DNA of 64,000 nucleotides from an uncultured Bacteroides sp. (GTDB lineage Bacteria > Bacteroidota > Bacteroidia > Bacteroidales > Bacteroidaceae): contig CAMTOS010000004.1 in assembly GCA_947074195.1 (NCBI GenBank), positions 481-64,480 on the forward strand, written 5' to 3'. Position 1 is the stretch's first letter. The number at the start of each line of letters is the position of its first letter. Positions 30,369-39,617 of this stretch are shown here, piece by piece. The position numbers and the translations under genes are program-made. Under the pieces are notes generated by a model. It did no database searches. It was not told the DNA's origin and saw only the letters and a program-made list of their open reading frames with translations.

Positions 30369-32270
30369 CTATTCTTTTATACATCTTACGCTGTAACCTG
30401 AGAAATCAGTATAAACGGCGCTTCTTAAATCATCGGCATCATAACGTATCATTACCGCTTTTTCTGTTAATTCTCCGTTCACATTATCCATGCGCCAGAA
30501 TGCTGCATAACGGTTGCCAAAACCATAAATGCTTTCTTCATTATCGTTGGCTGTGGTAAAAATGCCAGTGGGCATTGCACTGAATCCACTATAATCCAAT
30601 GCCTCATAATTATCGTGTACCCAGCTTCCATTATCTTTAATATAAGAAACGCTGCCACCGATATAATTGTTGAGTTTTTCCCAATCAGTTTCATTGGAAA
30701 TTCTCCAGCCTGCCGGTGGAAGATTGCCGGTGAGAACTGCAGCTTTGTTATAAAAGATGTCAGTGCCATTTACAAAGTAGCCGGCTGTCTTCTTTGTATA
30801 GGTCGAAGCTGTTTTCTTTGTAATAGCCTTGCCATTATTATACCGCGTTGCTCTGAGATTCTCTTTCAGCCAGTAGCTGGTCCCAATCTTAACGATAGGG
30901 TAGAAGATCGTCTCCTTATTCCTTTGATCTGTACAAAGTTCATCTTTTACCGAAATAAATAGAGAACGGACAGGCTTATCGATACAAATAACTGTATCTT
31001 CATCGAAATAGAGGTCATTGATAAATGGTTTATTGCCCGGCGTATAAGTAAAAGAATTATCAGCTTTATCCCATTTTACATGGCCACCATGAATATTACC
31101 GTTTTGATTGCAAATTTGCCATACAAATCCATTGGTATCATCGATAATGTTGTCTTTCGCCTGATAAATAACTAGTGCTTCCTCATTAATCTGAATATTG
31201 AAGAGTAACTCTTTACATATCCGGGCAATGGCAACGCCTTTAGAGTAGACAGTTAGCACATGGCTCCCGCTAAAATTCAATTCATTTGCAGAGACATAGT
31301 CTTTCTCGTCTGTTTCCTCAGCATTGACTTCCGAACTATCACCTTCTATCCAATCGCTAATATTTGCCGTTATCTGGTTTGATGCGTTTGCCGGATCATA
31401 CCATAAAATAAGTTCGCTCGATTTTCCTGCTTCAAGCACAAAATCTTCAGTCAGACTACATTCAAAAGTGCGGTATCCTACGGTTAAAGTGGCAATGATA
31501 CTTGTTGAAGGTAATGTTTGCGGAATAATCATACACTTCTTGCCCAACAATTTATTGTTTTGTACACTCCATTGTCCATAAGGCGTAATAGGCATTTTAG
31601 TATCATAATCGGTCAGACTGTTGCTGTCAAAATGATAAATGGCCTGGCAAAACGTGTTATTGATTAATAGGATAGGATTTTGATTCCGCAAAGCATTTAT
31701 ATCTTCATTGTTTACGCATTTAATAATGACATTCAGCATATTAAATTTATGATCGTGCGACAAAGCAACTGCCTTAGTTGAGGGAACAATATTGGGACTT
31801 CGCGAAATCATAAAATCGGACTGATTAAAATGAATCAGTGAGCTCTGATTTCCACGAACACTTACTGTTAGGGTTTGCTCACTGCTATTTATACCTTCAG
31901 TTTGATAGGGATAATAACTTATCAATTCGCATTTCGTCTTATTATTCGGATAGAAAAGAGTCTCATCAGGAGTGAAGCCACTGCTTGTGCATTGGAATCT
32001 TTCATTCGATAAATAATGCTCATCACTCAAACTGTTGTCTCCATAAAGCATATATATGCCTATATATTCTTTATAATCTGTATTATAGATTTGTTTCTGG
32101 AGACTGCTGGCGGTAATTGTCAGAACAACATCACCTGCTTCGGGCATGGAGTTGTCTTTTGTCTCATCTCCCAGTGTATTTATGCAAGCTGTTGCTATAC
32201 ATCCGCAAAAGATGAGTAGCAACAGTCTTGATTTATAAATGGAGAATACTGTGTTTATTCTCTTATGCAT
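30369..32270 (-). CDS. Fimbrillin-family lipoprotein with C-terminal FISUMP (Fib_succ_major, CLec-fold) domain; putative type V pilus tip adhesin
   Basis: Lipobox-like LLIFCGCIATAC; fimbrillin motifs IGIYM, ISYYPY, QSDFM, LSHDHKF, IIPQT; FISUMP VKIGTSYWLKENL, PAGWRI, GFSAMPTG, YSVRCIKE. Confidence 0.82.
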   Translation of the reverse strand: MHKRINTVFSIYKSRLLLLIFCGCIATACINTLGDETKDNSMPEAGDVVLTITASSLQKQIYNTDYKEYIGIYMLYGDNSLSDEHYLSNERFQCTSSGFTPDETLFYPNNKTKCELISYYPYQTEGINSSEQTLTVSVRGNQSSLIHFNQSDFMISRSPNIVPSTKAVALSHDHKFNMLNVIIKCVNNEDINALRNQNPILLINNTFCQAIYHFDSNSLTDYDTKMPITPYGQWSVQNNKLLGKKCMIIPQTLPSTSIIATLTVGYRTFECSLTEDFVLEAGKSSELILWYDPANASNQITANISDWIEGDSSEVNAEETDEKDYVSANELNFSGSHVLTVYSKGVAIARICKELLFNIQINEEALVIYQAKDNIIDDTNGFVWQICNQNGNIHGGHVKWDKADNSFTYTPGNKPFINDLYFDEDTVICIDKPVRSLFISVKDELCTDQRNKETIFYPIVKIGTSYWLKENLRATRYNNGKAITKKTASTYTKKTAGYFVNGTDIFYNKAAVLTGNLPPAGWRISNETDWEKLNNYIGGSVSYIKDNGSWVHDNYEALDYSGFSAMPTGIFTTANDNEESIYGFGNRYAAFWRMDNVNGELTEKAVMIRYDADDLRSAVYTDFSGYSVRCIKE

Positions 32271-34129
32271 CGTATTGAGTATGCGCAATGACTAGTATAT
32301 CTTGCAATATCTACAGGATCTGAATTGAATTTAATTGAAATACCTACATCAGAAGTGCTAACTAATCCTTCAGAGTTTAATACCCAGTAGCAGCAATATT
32401 CATTTTCACCACCATATTGAGATTCGCTACCATTAGTTCTGAAAAATCCAGTTCCTATTGAGGTAAACATACTTATATTATTGCCTTGTTTTGCAGCATC
32501 TGAACTTTTCCAATTCGGAGTTTTAAGTTTATAAGACTCATTATTAAGATACATAATCATTGTTTCCCATTGGGCTGCATTAGGAATACTCCAGCCAATT
32601 GGGGCTATTTGTTGTGTATTAATAGCAGCCATATTATAGAAATAATATGTATTCTTGCTATAATATCCAGATTCTGTTGAGGTCAGCGTTTCGCTATTAT
32701 TAGCCATTGGCGTGCCATTGTTTAATCTTGTAGTTCTCAAATCCTCACTCATCCAGTATTGCGTGCCGATTTTTACTACTGAATACTCAAAATTTTCACT
32801 ACCGCGAGTATCTTTCAGCTTATAAGCTTTAGATTTGATACTTGGAGAGCTTGATACAGCTGCTTTAATTAATTTACCGGTAGCATCGAGGATGATTTCT
32901 GTATATGCTTCGCTTTCTCCGGGTGTATATTGCAAAGCGTTATTTGCCCATACTACGCTACCACCATGAACATTAGTATCGGGTGATAATAGTTCTAATA
33001 CGGTGCCTTGCATTGGTGTTGAGGCTGGATAATAAACGATAGCTTGTGCCTCAACATTATTGCTTAGCAAATACTCCTTGCAAACTTCACCCAAAATTTC
33101 ATTTGATGTATTTAGTATCTGATAAATATTGGTTTTGCTAAAGTCAAGCGTACTTAATGAAATTGATTCTGTTTTTCTATCTTCATTCAAATCAATATCA
33201 TATATATTTTCATCAACTTCCCAATCTGTGATAGAAGGAATGATGGCTTCTATACCAATAACAGGATCATAGCTGATGGCAAGTTTATAACTTGTATTTT
33301 CATTTAATGTGAAATCATCAGGCAAGTTATTAGTAAATGTACGTCCATCAATTTGAAGAACAATTCTGCAGCTCGACGTAGGTTGTGGTATAATGATTGC
33401 TTTTTTGCCTTCAAGAACAGTCCGGTCTTCGTTAAATTCCCATTCTCCATGGGGAGTAATTCCCTGGGTAGATGAATAATCGGTAAATTCATCCGCTTCA
33501 AAATCATAAATCCCACTTGTGCAGATATTGTCGAATTTTACAACTACTTTATTTTTTACATTTTCCGGATCGCTGACAGCAGGAATCGATAAACTTAGAT
33601 TGATTTTTGAAAATTTGTGCTGAAAATCTATAGGTACTGTATTCCGACTCGGATATACATCTTCTGTAATACCAATCATAAAATCTGAATCTCCGTAAGC
33701 TTTGTCAGTACTTTGATTGCTATTTACCGATACTGTCATTGAACTTTCGCCTACTGCACAACCTTCCACCTGATAAGGGAAATAGGCAATGAAGTTGCAT
33801 TTGGTATGATCATCCGGATAATAAATTGGCTCGTCAGTGATAAATCCATCCTGACTAAAAGTTAGCGGATGATTATCAATTCCTCGTTCCTCGCTAATAG
33901 TATTGGGCTGCTTCAGAACATATAGGCCAATTTGGTCATTGTTCTCAAACTCTGAACCTGACATTCTGGTCTGTGTTTTAATTTGTGCAATACTACTTTT
34001 AATACTGATTTCAATTTTGTCCTCATTTACCGTTTCGTCTTCATAAGTGTTATTGATAACGTTTGTGCAAGATGTTGAAATGATTCCAATAGCTGCAAAT
34101 GTGCAGCTAAATGATTTAATTTTCTTCAT
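32255..34129 (-). CDS. Paralogous fimbrillin-family lipoprotein with C-terminal FISUMP domain (probable start ATG 34129)
   Basis: MKKIKSFSCTFAAIGIISTSC lipoprotein signal; FENNDQIGLYV, AYFPY, SDFM, FQHKFSKI, IIPQ; VKIGTQYWMSEDL, PIGWSIP, YSIRCIRE. Confidence 0.84.
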   Translation of the reverse strand: MKKIKSFSCTFAAIGIISTSCTNVINNTYEDETVNEDKIEISIKSSIAQIKTQTRMSGSEFENNDQIGLYVLKQPNTISEERGIDNHPLTFSQDGFITDEPIYYPDDHTKCNFIAYFPYQVEGCAVGESSMTVSVNSNQSTDKAYGDSDFMIGITEDVYPSRNTVPIDFQHKFSKINLSLSIPAVSDPENVKNKVVVKFDNICTSGIYDFEADEFTDYSSTQGITPHGEWEFNEDRTVLEGKKAIIIPQPTSSCRIVLQIDGRTFTNNLPDDFTLNENTSYKLAISYDPVIGIEAIIPSITDWEVDENIYDIDLNEDRKTESISLSTLDFSKTNIYQILNTSNEILGEVCKEYLLSNNVEAQAIVYYPASTPMQGTVLELLSPDTNVHGGSVVWANNALQYTPGESEAYTEIILDATGKLIKAAVSSSPSIKSKAYKLKDTRGSENFEYSVVKIGTQYWMSEDLRTTRLNNGTPMANNSETLTSTESGYYSKNTYYFYNMAAINTQQIAPIGWSIPNAAQWETMIMYLNNESYKLKTPNWKSSDAAKQGNNISMFTSIGTGFFRTNGSESQYGGENEYCCYWVLNSEGLVSTSDVGISIKFNSDPVDIARYTSHCAYSIRCIRE

Positions 34130-34159
34130 AAAGTAAAATGTTTGTTTTTGTTTACGGCG

Positions 34160-34167
34160 CAAATGTA
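34160..34167 (-). promoter_or_regulatory. -7 promoter element for the fimbrillin pair
   Basis: Minus-strand TACATTTG about 30 nt upstream of ATG 34129. Confidence 0.6.
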
Positions 34168-34338
34168 TCATAATGAATTTGATTAACAATTATAATTCCG
34201 CATTTTTATTAAGAAAATCGTAAAAATATTTGAAATATTATATATCAATTAATAAATAACTGATAATATCATTCTTTAATAATTGCTTGCTCAATAGTTT
34301 AATCTTCATTAAGAAAGTAACATTTTGTAAGGTAAATG

Positions 34339-34370
34339 TTTGTATTAGTGTAGGTTTAATTGTACATTTG
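34339..34370 (+). promoter_or_regulatory. Consensus sigmaA promoter with no downstream ORF
   Basis: TTTG (34339-34342), 20 nt spacer, TACATTTG (34363-34370). Confidence 0.6.
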
Positions 34371-34465
34371 CAACATGTAAAATGATAGCTAAACCTATTG
34401 TTTAGGATCAAATAGTAATATTTCTAAATAATGTTCAAAAATATGTTATAAGACATATAATATTA

Positions 34466-34498
34466 TTTGGTCCATAAATCAAAAAGCAGCTATATTTG
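34466..34498 (+). promoter_or_regulatory. Consensus sigmaA promoter of the candidate sRNA
   Basis: TTTG (34466-34469), 21 nt spacer, TATATTTG (34491-34498). Confidence 0.72.
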
Positions 34499-34503
34499 CA
34501 TTG

Positions 34504-34595
34504 TTATCCTGAAAACAATCTTTTTACCTTAAGAAAAAACTAATACCTATTGAAAACTGAGAAATGGAGCTTTGTGAAAAGCCCCATTTTTTTTT
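34504..34595 (+). ncRNA. Candidate ~90-nt intergenic small RNA
   Basis: Bounded by a consensus promoter and a terminator, with no ATG-initiated ORF inside. Inferred from architecture only, not matched to a family. Confidence 0.55.
34562..34595 (+). terminator. Rho-independent terminator
   Basis: AAATGGAGCTTT-GTGA-AAAGCCCCATTT stem (one mismatch) running into T9. Confidence 0.8.
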
Positions 34596-35195
34596 GCCCT
34601 TTTCTATGCTATTTCTACCGATTACAACCCCTCTACATGTTATTTAAACGGTATTCTATATATTATGATAGGTAATATTAGTTATCAAATGACCGTTTTG
34701 AATTATGAACTTATTTAAGATTCATTTCCTGGTTAAAAAAGCTCCATCCATTTATTTGTTTAACTTTTTAATGGTATTGAATTATCATTTCATGGTATTT
34801 ATATGATTTGTTGCGACGATATTGTTTTAGAATATATTTTTATTTCGCCCCATTTTATCTCACAAATTGATAATTATGCAGAATATATTAAAATGTATCC
34901 TTTGCCGAAAAGGGAATAAGATTTATGACAGGTAAGTGTTTATTAAAGTTTTTAAAAGATTACACAATTCATCATTGGTGAATGAGGCATTTCTGAACAA
35001 ATTGTCGATAAAAATTTCTGAATCAATAAAGAAAAATATTCACCGATGAATAAAAAGCGATGATATTTGAAAATTTCTGCGATTTGAATTGGTCAAAATG
35101 AGAAATTTCAGGATGTTGATGATTAATAGGTAAAAGATAATTTATGCATCAATCAACTTCTTTATCTTTGTAATCAAAATATTTATCATTTCAGA

Positions 35196-36371
35196 ATGAC
35201 TAACTGCTATATATTCAATCCAGATCATGACATGGCTTTGGCCGATAATAGCTATCACTATATGCCACCTGTCTCCATAGATAAAATGGCTATTGATTTG
35301 GCTTTGCTACCTCTATGGTATTCTGAAGTAGCCGGATTCGTACTTGCTCCTTCGGCCTATAATATGGATTTTATCTTCCGAAATAAACATTTGTTCAACT
35401 GGAGTTTGGAGCTTATGACACTTTGCGGAGCAGGAGATATAAATGATATCAACTTTTTGCCCTGGGGCTGGAATAAAACATTGTACCACCGGCTTAATGC
35501 TCATGGGGTAAACTCTACTCTTTTACCCGATACAGAATACATTGAAAAGCTGCGCGATTTCTCTCATCGTAAACATGCAGTTAGTCTATTGGCAGAACTA
35601 ACCCATATAGATCACTGCTGTGGTCAGTCTTTATGGATTGATTCGATAGGTTCCTGCAAAGAATTTATACTAAATCATAATCAAACTATTTTGAAAGCAC
35701 CTTTATCCGGGAGTGGAAAAGGGCTAAAGTGGTGTGACGGTGAGTTTAGCCCTTCTGTAGAAAACTGGTGCAAGCGACTCTTAATGCATAATGATGGAAT
35801 AATTGTTGAACCTGTTTACGATAAGGTTCTCGATTTTGCTATGGAGTTTATTTTAGATGGGGATTTTAAGATTCAATTTCTGGGTTACTCCTTATTTAAA
35901 ACATCACCTCATGGAGCTTATGAAGGAAATGTACTTGATAGCGATGATAATATTGAAAAGCTGTTATTAGAATATGTGCCGGCAAGTGCATTTTGCAAAA
36001 TACGTGATGAACTGATGCGATTATTGCCAGGAGAGTTTAAAGGTTATAGTGGACATGTTGGTGTTGATATGATGATTTGCCAGTCAGGACAAGTTTCAGA
36101 TTATAAAATTCACCCTTGTGTGGAAATTAATTTAAGGATGAATATGGGTATAGTTGCACATCAGATCTATAAAAACTTTGTTTCAGCTCATTCCAAAGGC
36201 TATTTTAGTATAGTACGATATACCAAAGGAAATGATTGTATTATGTGGCAAGCAGAAATGCAGGGGAAACATCCCTTAAATCTGAAAGATGGAAAGGTCG
36301 AGACCGGCTTTCTGGCATTAACACCAGTTACAAAACACACTCAATATTGTGCTTTTATCTGCATTGAATAG
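35196..36371 (+). CDS. Uncharacterised ATP-grasp-fold protein
   Basis: ILKAPLSGSGKG glycine loop, FAMEF, GVDMM, CVEINLRMNMG. Confidence 0.7.
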   Translation: MTNCYIFNPDHDMALADNSYHYMPPVSIDKMAIDLALLPLWYSEVAGFVLAPSAYNMDFIFRNKHLFNWSLELMTLCGAGDINDINFLPWGWNKTLYHRLNAHGVNSTLLPDTEYIEKLRDFSHRKHAVSLLAELTHIDHCCGQSLWIDSIGSCKEFILNHNQTILKAPLSGSGKGLKWCDGEFSPSVENWCKRLLMHNDGIIVEPVYDKVLDFAMEFILDGDFKIQFLGYSLFKTSPHGAYEGNVLDSDDNIEKLLLEYVPASAFCKIRDELMRLLPGEFKGYSGHVGVDMMICQSGQVSDYKIHPCVEINLRMNMGIVAHQIYKNFVSAHSKGYFSIVRYTKGNDCIMWQAEMQGKHPLNLKDGKVETGFLALTPVTKHTQYCAFICIE

Positions 36372-37815
36372 CTATACTCTCATTACCATATCTGTCTACG
36401 CCTGTTACCGCAAAATGTGAATGTTTCATCCATGGCAATATCGGGCAATAGATATAATTTGTACCTTCGATATTTACAGCAATAATATTTTCAGGCTTTG
36501 TTGTATCAACCGGATAAGAATCTGATCCATAGATGATATACTTTACGCCATTTTTTGAATCATTATCTTTTGATGCATTCCAGGATAAAGAAATATAACC
36601 ATTATCCATATCATTAACTTTCAGATTCTGTGGTGCAGAAGGTGCTGCATTGTCTAACCATGGCATTGCAGGTTGTAATGCAGGATAGGCATAAAACGAT
36701 TCTTTTAATTCATCATATAATCCCTGCGTATTATCCATAAGATATTTTACCCGGTAATGTCCTTGACCTGCCATATTAATCTCTCTTGAGAAATGCATTT
36801 GGCGATCAATGTCTCCTCGGGTCCAGTTGCCTTCAGACGGATCAAGGAAATAGATTCCCAGCCCCGGCACAACATGCCTGTTATTGCTTTGTTCCTGCCA
36901 GTCGAGGGCAAAAGGGAAGAAGTTGTTTTCTTTGTAATACATCATTGGATAGATCTGGTCCTGAATGCCTTCGCCCAACCATCCCTGCGGGTCCTGATAA
37001 ACAGCATCAAATGCATTCCATCCACGCGAAGGATAACGAGTCAGATCGCTGTATTTACCCACCGGACATGTACTTACTTTTACCCATGGTTTGGTTTGTT
37101 TAACCTCCTTATAGATATATCTCACGATTTCTGTCAGATTATCACGACGCCATTGTTCAAGGGTTCTGCCTTTGCCGTATCGCTGAAAATCCTGCTTATC
37201 AGGGAAATTTTTAGTGTATTCGGGATATCTCAGATAATCATAGTGCACACCATCTACATCGTAACGTGTAATAATCTCACGTGTAATTTTCATGAGATAT
37301 TCTTTTGTAGCCGGATTTCCCGGATTCAGGAAGTATTCGTTTTTATAGGGAATGCAAATGTTACGCATCTTTTTTGTTACTGAATGGTTTTCTAATGAAG
37401 CCAGATGCTTTTTGTTACCAAGCGGAATAGCTACAATCCAGGCATGACATTCCATGCCTCTTTTATGGCATTCTTCAATGGCAAAGGCTAATGGGTCATA
37501 TCCCGGATTCCCGTTGACTTTACCAGTAAATATTTTGCTGATAGGTTCTATAGAAGAAGGGTAAGATAATTCGCCACGCATTCTTGTCTGAAATAATACC
37601 GTATTAAAATTTGCAGCTTTCAGTTTATCCAGAATAGCAATTAATTCATCCTGCTGTTGCTTGATACCAGCTTTAGAAGTAGCTTTTGTTCGGGGCCAGT
37701 CAAGCCCATAAACTACAGTAACCCATGCTGCACGTACTTCGTGTTTGGGCGACTGGGCGGAAGAGGGTAGAAAGAACAAAACAAATAAGGCAAAGATTAA
37801 CAGGAAATGGCGCAT
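36355..37815 (-). CDS. Glycoside hydrolase family 10-like (GHL10/DUF187, YngK/DigH-like) with FN3 domain
   Basis: EVRAAWV, NTVLFQTR, YDPLAFAIEECHKRGMECHAW, DVDGVHYDY, PMMY; C-terminal FN3. Confidence 0.9.
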   Translation of the reverse strand: MRHFLLIFALFVLFFLPSSAQSPKHEVRAAWVTVVYGLDWPRTKATSKAGIKQQQDELIAILDKLKAANFNTVLFQTRMRGELSYPSSIEPISKIFTGKVNGNPGYDPLAFAIEECHKRGMECHAWIVAIPLGNKKHLASLENHSVTKKMRNICIPYKNEYFLNPGNPATKEYLMKITREIITRYDVDGVHYDYLRYPEYTKNFPDKQDFQRYGKGRTLEQWRRDNLTEIVRYIYKEVKQTKPWVKVSTCPVGKYSDLTRYPSRGWNAFDAVYQDPQGWLGEGIQDQIYPMMYYKENNFFPFALDWQEQSNNRHVVPGLGIYFLDPSEGNWTRGDIDRQMHFSREINMAGQGHYRVKYLMDNTQGLYDELKESFYAYPALQPAMPWLDNAAPSAPQNLKVNDMDNGYISLSWNASKDNDSKNGVKYIIYGSDSYPVDTTKPENIIAVNIEGTNYIYCPILPWMKHSHFAVTGVDRYGNESIAIQCR

Positions 37816-37929
37816 ATAACTTAAATATTATTCTTACAGATAGCTGCAAAGTTAGTAAAAGAGTCGCTATTTTTTCCTTCATTCATTGCTTTATATTACA
37901 TTTGCATTAGTTAACCCTCTATAATCATT

Positions 37930-39360
37930 ATGAAAACATTTACCTTGTGTTTATTAATCCTGATTCTCGGATATTTCATTTATGGACGGTTTATTCAAAG
38001 AATCTTTAACCCTGATCATAGAAAAACACCTGCAATTCTAAAAAATGATGGTGTTGATTTCATGGTTCTCCCCGGGTGGAAAATATTCATGATACAATTT
38101 TTAAATATTGCCGGGCTCGGTCCGATCTTTGGTGCAATTATGGGTGCCAAATTCGGAATAGCTTCGTATATATGGATTGTGTTAGGCAGTATTTTTGCCG
38201 GAGCAGTGCATGATTATTTTGCGGGAATGCTATCAATTCGCCACGAAGGAGAAACATTGCCTGACATTATAGGGCGATATCTTGGACTGGCTACGAAACA
38301 GGTGATGAGGGTATTTACGGTATTGCTGATGATATTGGTTGGTGCCGTATTTGTTGCAGGGCCGGCAGGACTATTAGGTGAATTTTCAAAAGATATAATA
38401 GATGTTCCCATCTGGATAATCATAATTTTCATCTATTATATTTTTGCCACTTTGCTACCAATTGATAAGATTATAGGTAAGGTTTATCCCATATTTGCTA
38501 TTGCATTAATGTTTATGGCGGTGGGAATAGTAGTCATGCTCTATATCACAAATCCGGTTTTACCCGAACTTTGGGACGGAGTGTATAATACACATCCATC
38601 GGCAATGACTCTGCCGATATTTCCCATTATGTTCGTCAGCATCGCTTGCGGTGCAATATCGGGTTTTCATGCCACACAAAGTCCGATGATGGCGCGTTGT
38701 ATGAAATCAGAATTTCAGGGTAGACCGGTCTTTTACGGGGCAATGATTGTAGAGGGAATTGTCGCTTTGATTTGGGCTGCAGCGGCAACTTATTTCTTTC
38801 ATCAGAACGGAATGGAAGAAAGTAACGCATCGGTAATCGTGAATGCTATTACGCGCGAGTGGCTGGGCACAGCCGGAGCCGTACTTGCGGTTCTGGGTGT
38901 TATTTTTGCACCTGTTACTTCGGGCGATACGGCTTTCCGTTCAGCCCGTTTAATTGTGGCCGATCTGCTGAAGCTGGATCAAAAGAAAATAAAGAACAGA
39001 CTTTATATCTCTGTTCCTTTGTTTATTGCTGCTATAGGTTTATTGCTTTACAGCCTTGGTGACAAAGATGGATTTAACATGATATGGCGTTATTTTGCGT
39101 GGTCAAATCAGACTCTTGCCGTGTTTACATTATGGGCAATTACTGTTTATCTCGCTTTAGAGCGAAAACTGTATTGGGTCACCTTTATACCGGCATTGCT
39201 GATGACCGCCGTGTGTATTACTTATATATGCATCGCTCCCGAAGGTTTCGGATGGAGTTTACAAATAAGTTATGGAGTAGGAGCAGTTGCAGTTATTATT
39301 GCTGTCATTTGGTTCTATCTCTGGAAAGTGAAAATGAATAATAAATGTTTGAAAGGATAG
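37930..39360 (+). CDS. cstA: Carbon starvation CstA family transporter (short form)
   Basis: TPA...DGVDF, FLNIAGLGPIFG, GAVHDY, IACGAISGFHATQSP, TSGDTAFRSAR, YFAWSNQ. Confidence 0.92.
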   Translation: MKTFTLCLLILILGYFIYGRFIQRIFNPDHRKTPAILKNDGVDFMVLPGWKIFMIQFLNIAGLGPIFGAIMGAKFGIASYIWIVLGSIFAGAVHDYFAGMLSIRHEGETLPDIIGRYLGLATKQVMRVFTVLLMILVGAVFVAGPAGLLGEFSKDIIDVPIWIIIIFIYYIFATLLPIDKIIGKVYPIFAIALMFMAVGIVVMLYITNPVLPELWDGVYNTHPSAMTLPIFPIMFVSIACGAISGFHATQSPMMARCMKSEFQGRPVFYGAMIVEGIVALIWAAAATYFFHQNGMEESNASVIVNAITREWLGTAGAVLAVLGVIFAPVTSGDTAFRSARLIVADLLKLDQKKIKNRLYISVPLFIAAIGLLLYSLGDKDGFNMIWRYFAWSNQTLAVFTLWAITVYLALERKLYWVTFIPALLMTAVCITYICIAPEGFGWSLQISYGVGAVAVIIAVIWFYLWKVKMNNKCLKG

Positions 39361-39367
39361 TTTATAT

Positions 39368-39613
39368 ATGAAGAAGATTAAAAGATCAATGTGGGTTGTT
39401 CTCGTTTTATTTGTGTATATCACAGCAATAACAGCTTATCTTGCACCAAGGAATACAGAAATCAGTTCTACAGAAAAGACGGTTACTATCGTTTCTTCTT
39501 ATGTTGTCTTATTCCTTTTATGGTTGGTATTACGCCGTCGTGAAAAATTAAAGTCCCAACGATTAAAAGAAGACGAAGAACTACGAAAGAACAAAACAAA
39601 TAACAAACAATAA
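39368..39613 (+). CDS. Small two-TM membrane protein with basic C-terminal tail
   Basis: Two hydrophobic helices, RRREKLK tail; tightly spaced between cstA and the next gene. Confidence 0.75.
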   Translation: MKKIKRSMWVVLVLFVYITAITAYLAPRNTEISSTEKTVTIVSSYVVLFLLWLVLRRREKLKSQRLKEDEELRKNKTNNKQ

Positions 39614-39617
39614 ATTA

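Noticed and set aside
34564-34747. 10-bp inverted repeat (ATGGAGCTTT / AAAGCTCCAT) as an invertible-promoter boundary
   Set aside because: One arm is part of the terminator stem, no promoter lies between the arms, no recombinase is nearby, and a 10-bp match in ~1 kb is roughly at chance level.
30369-35195. Complete diversity-generating retroelement around the FISUMP genes
   Set aside because: No reverse transcriptase or Avd ORF, and by eye no copy of either gene's 3' ~100 nt in the adjacent 1-kb intergenic region.
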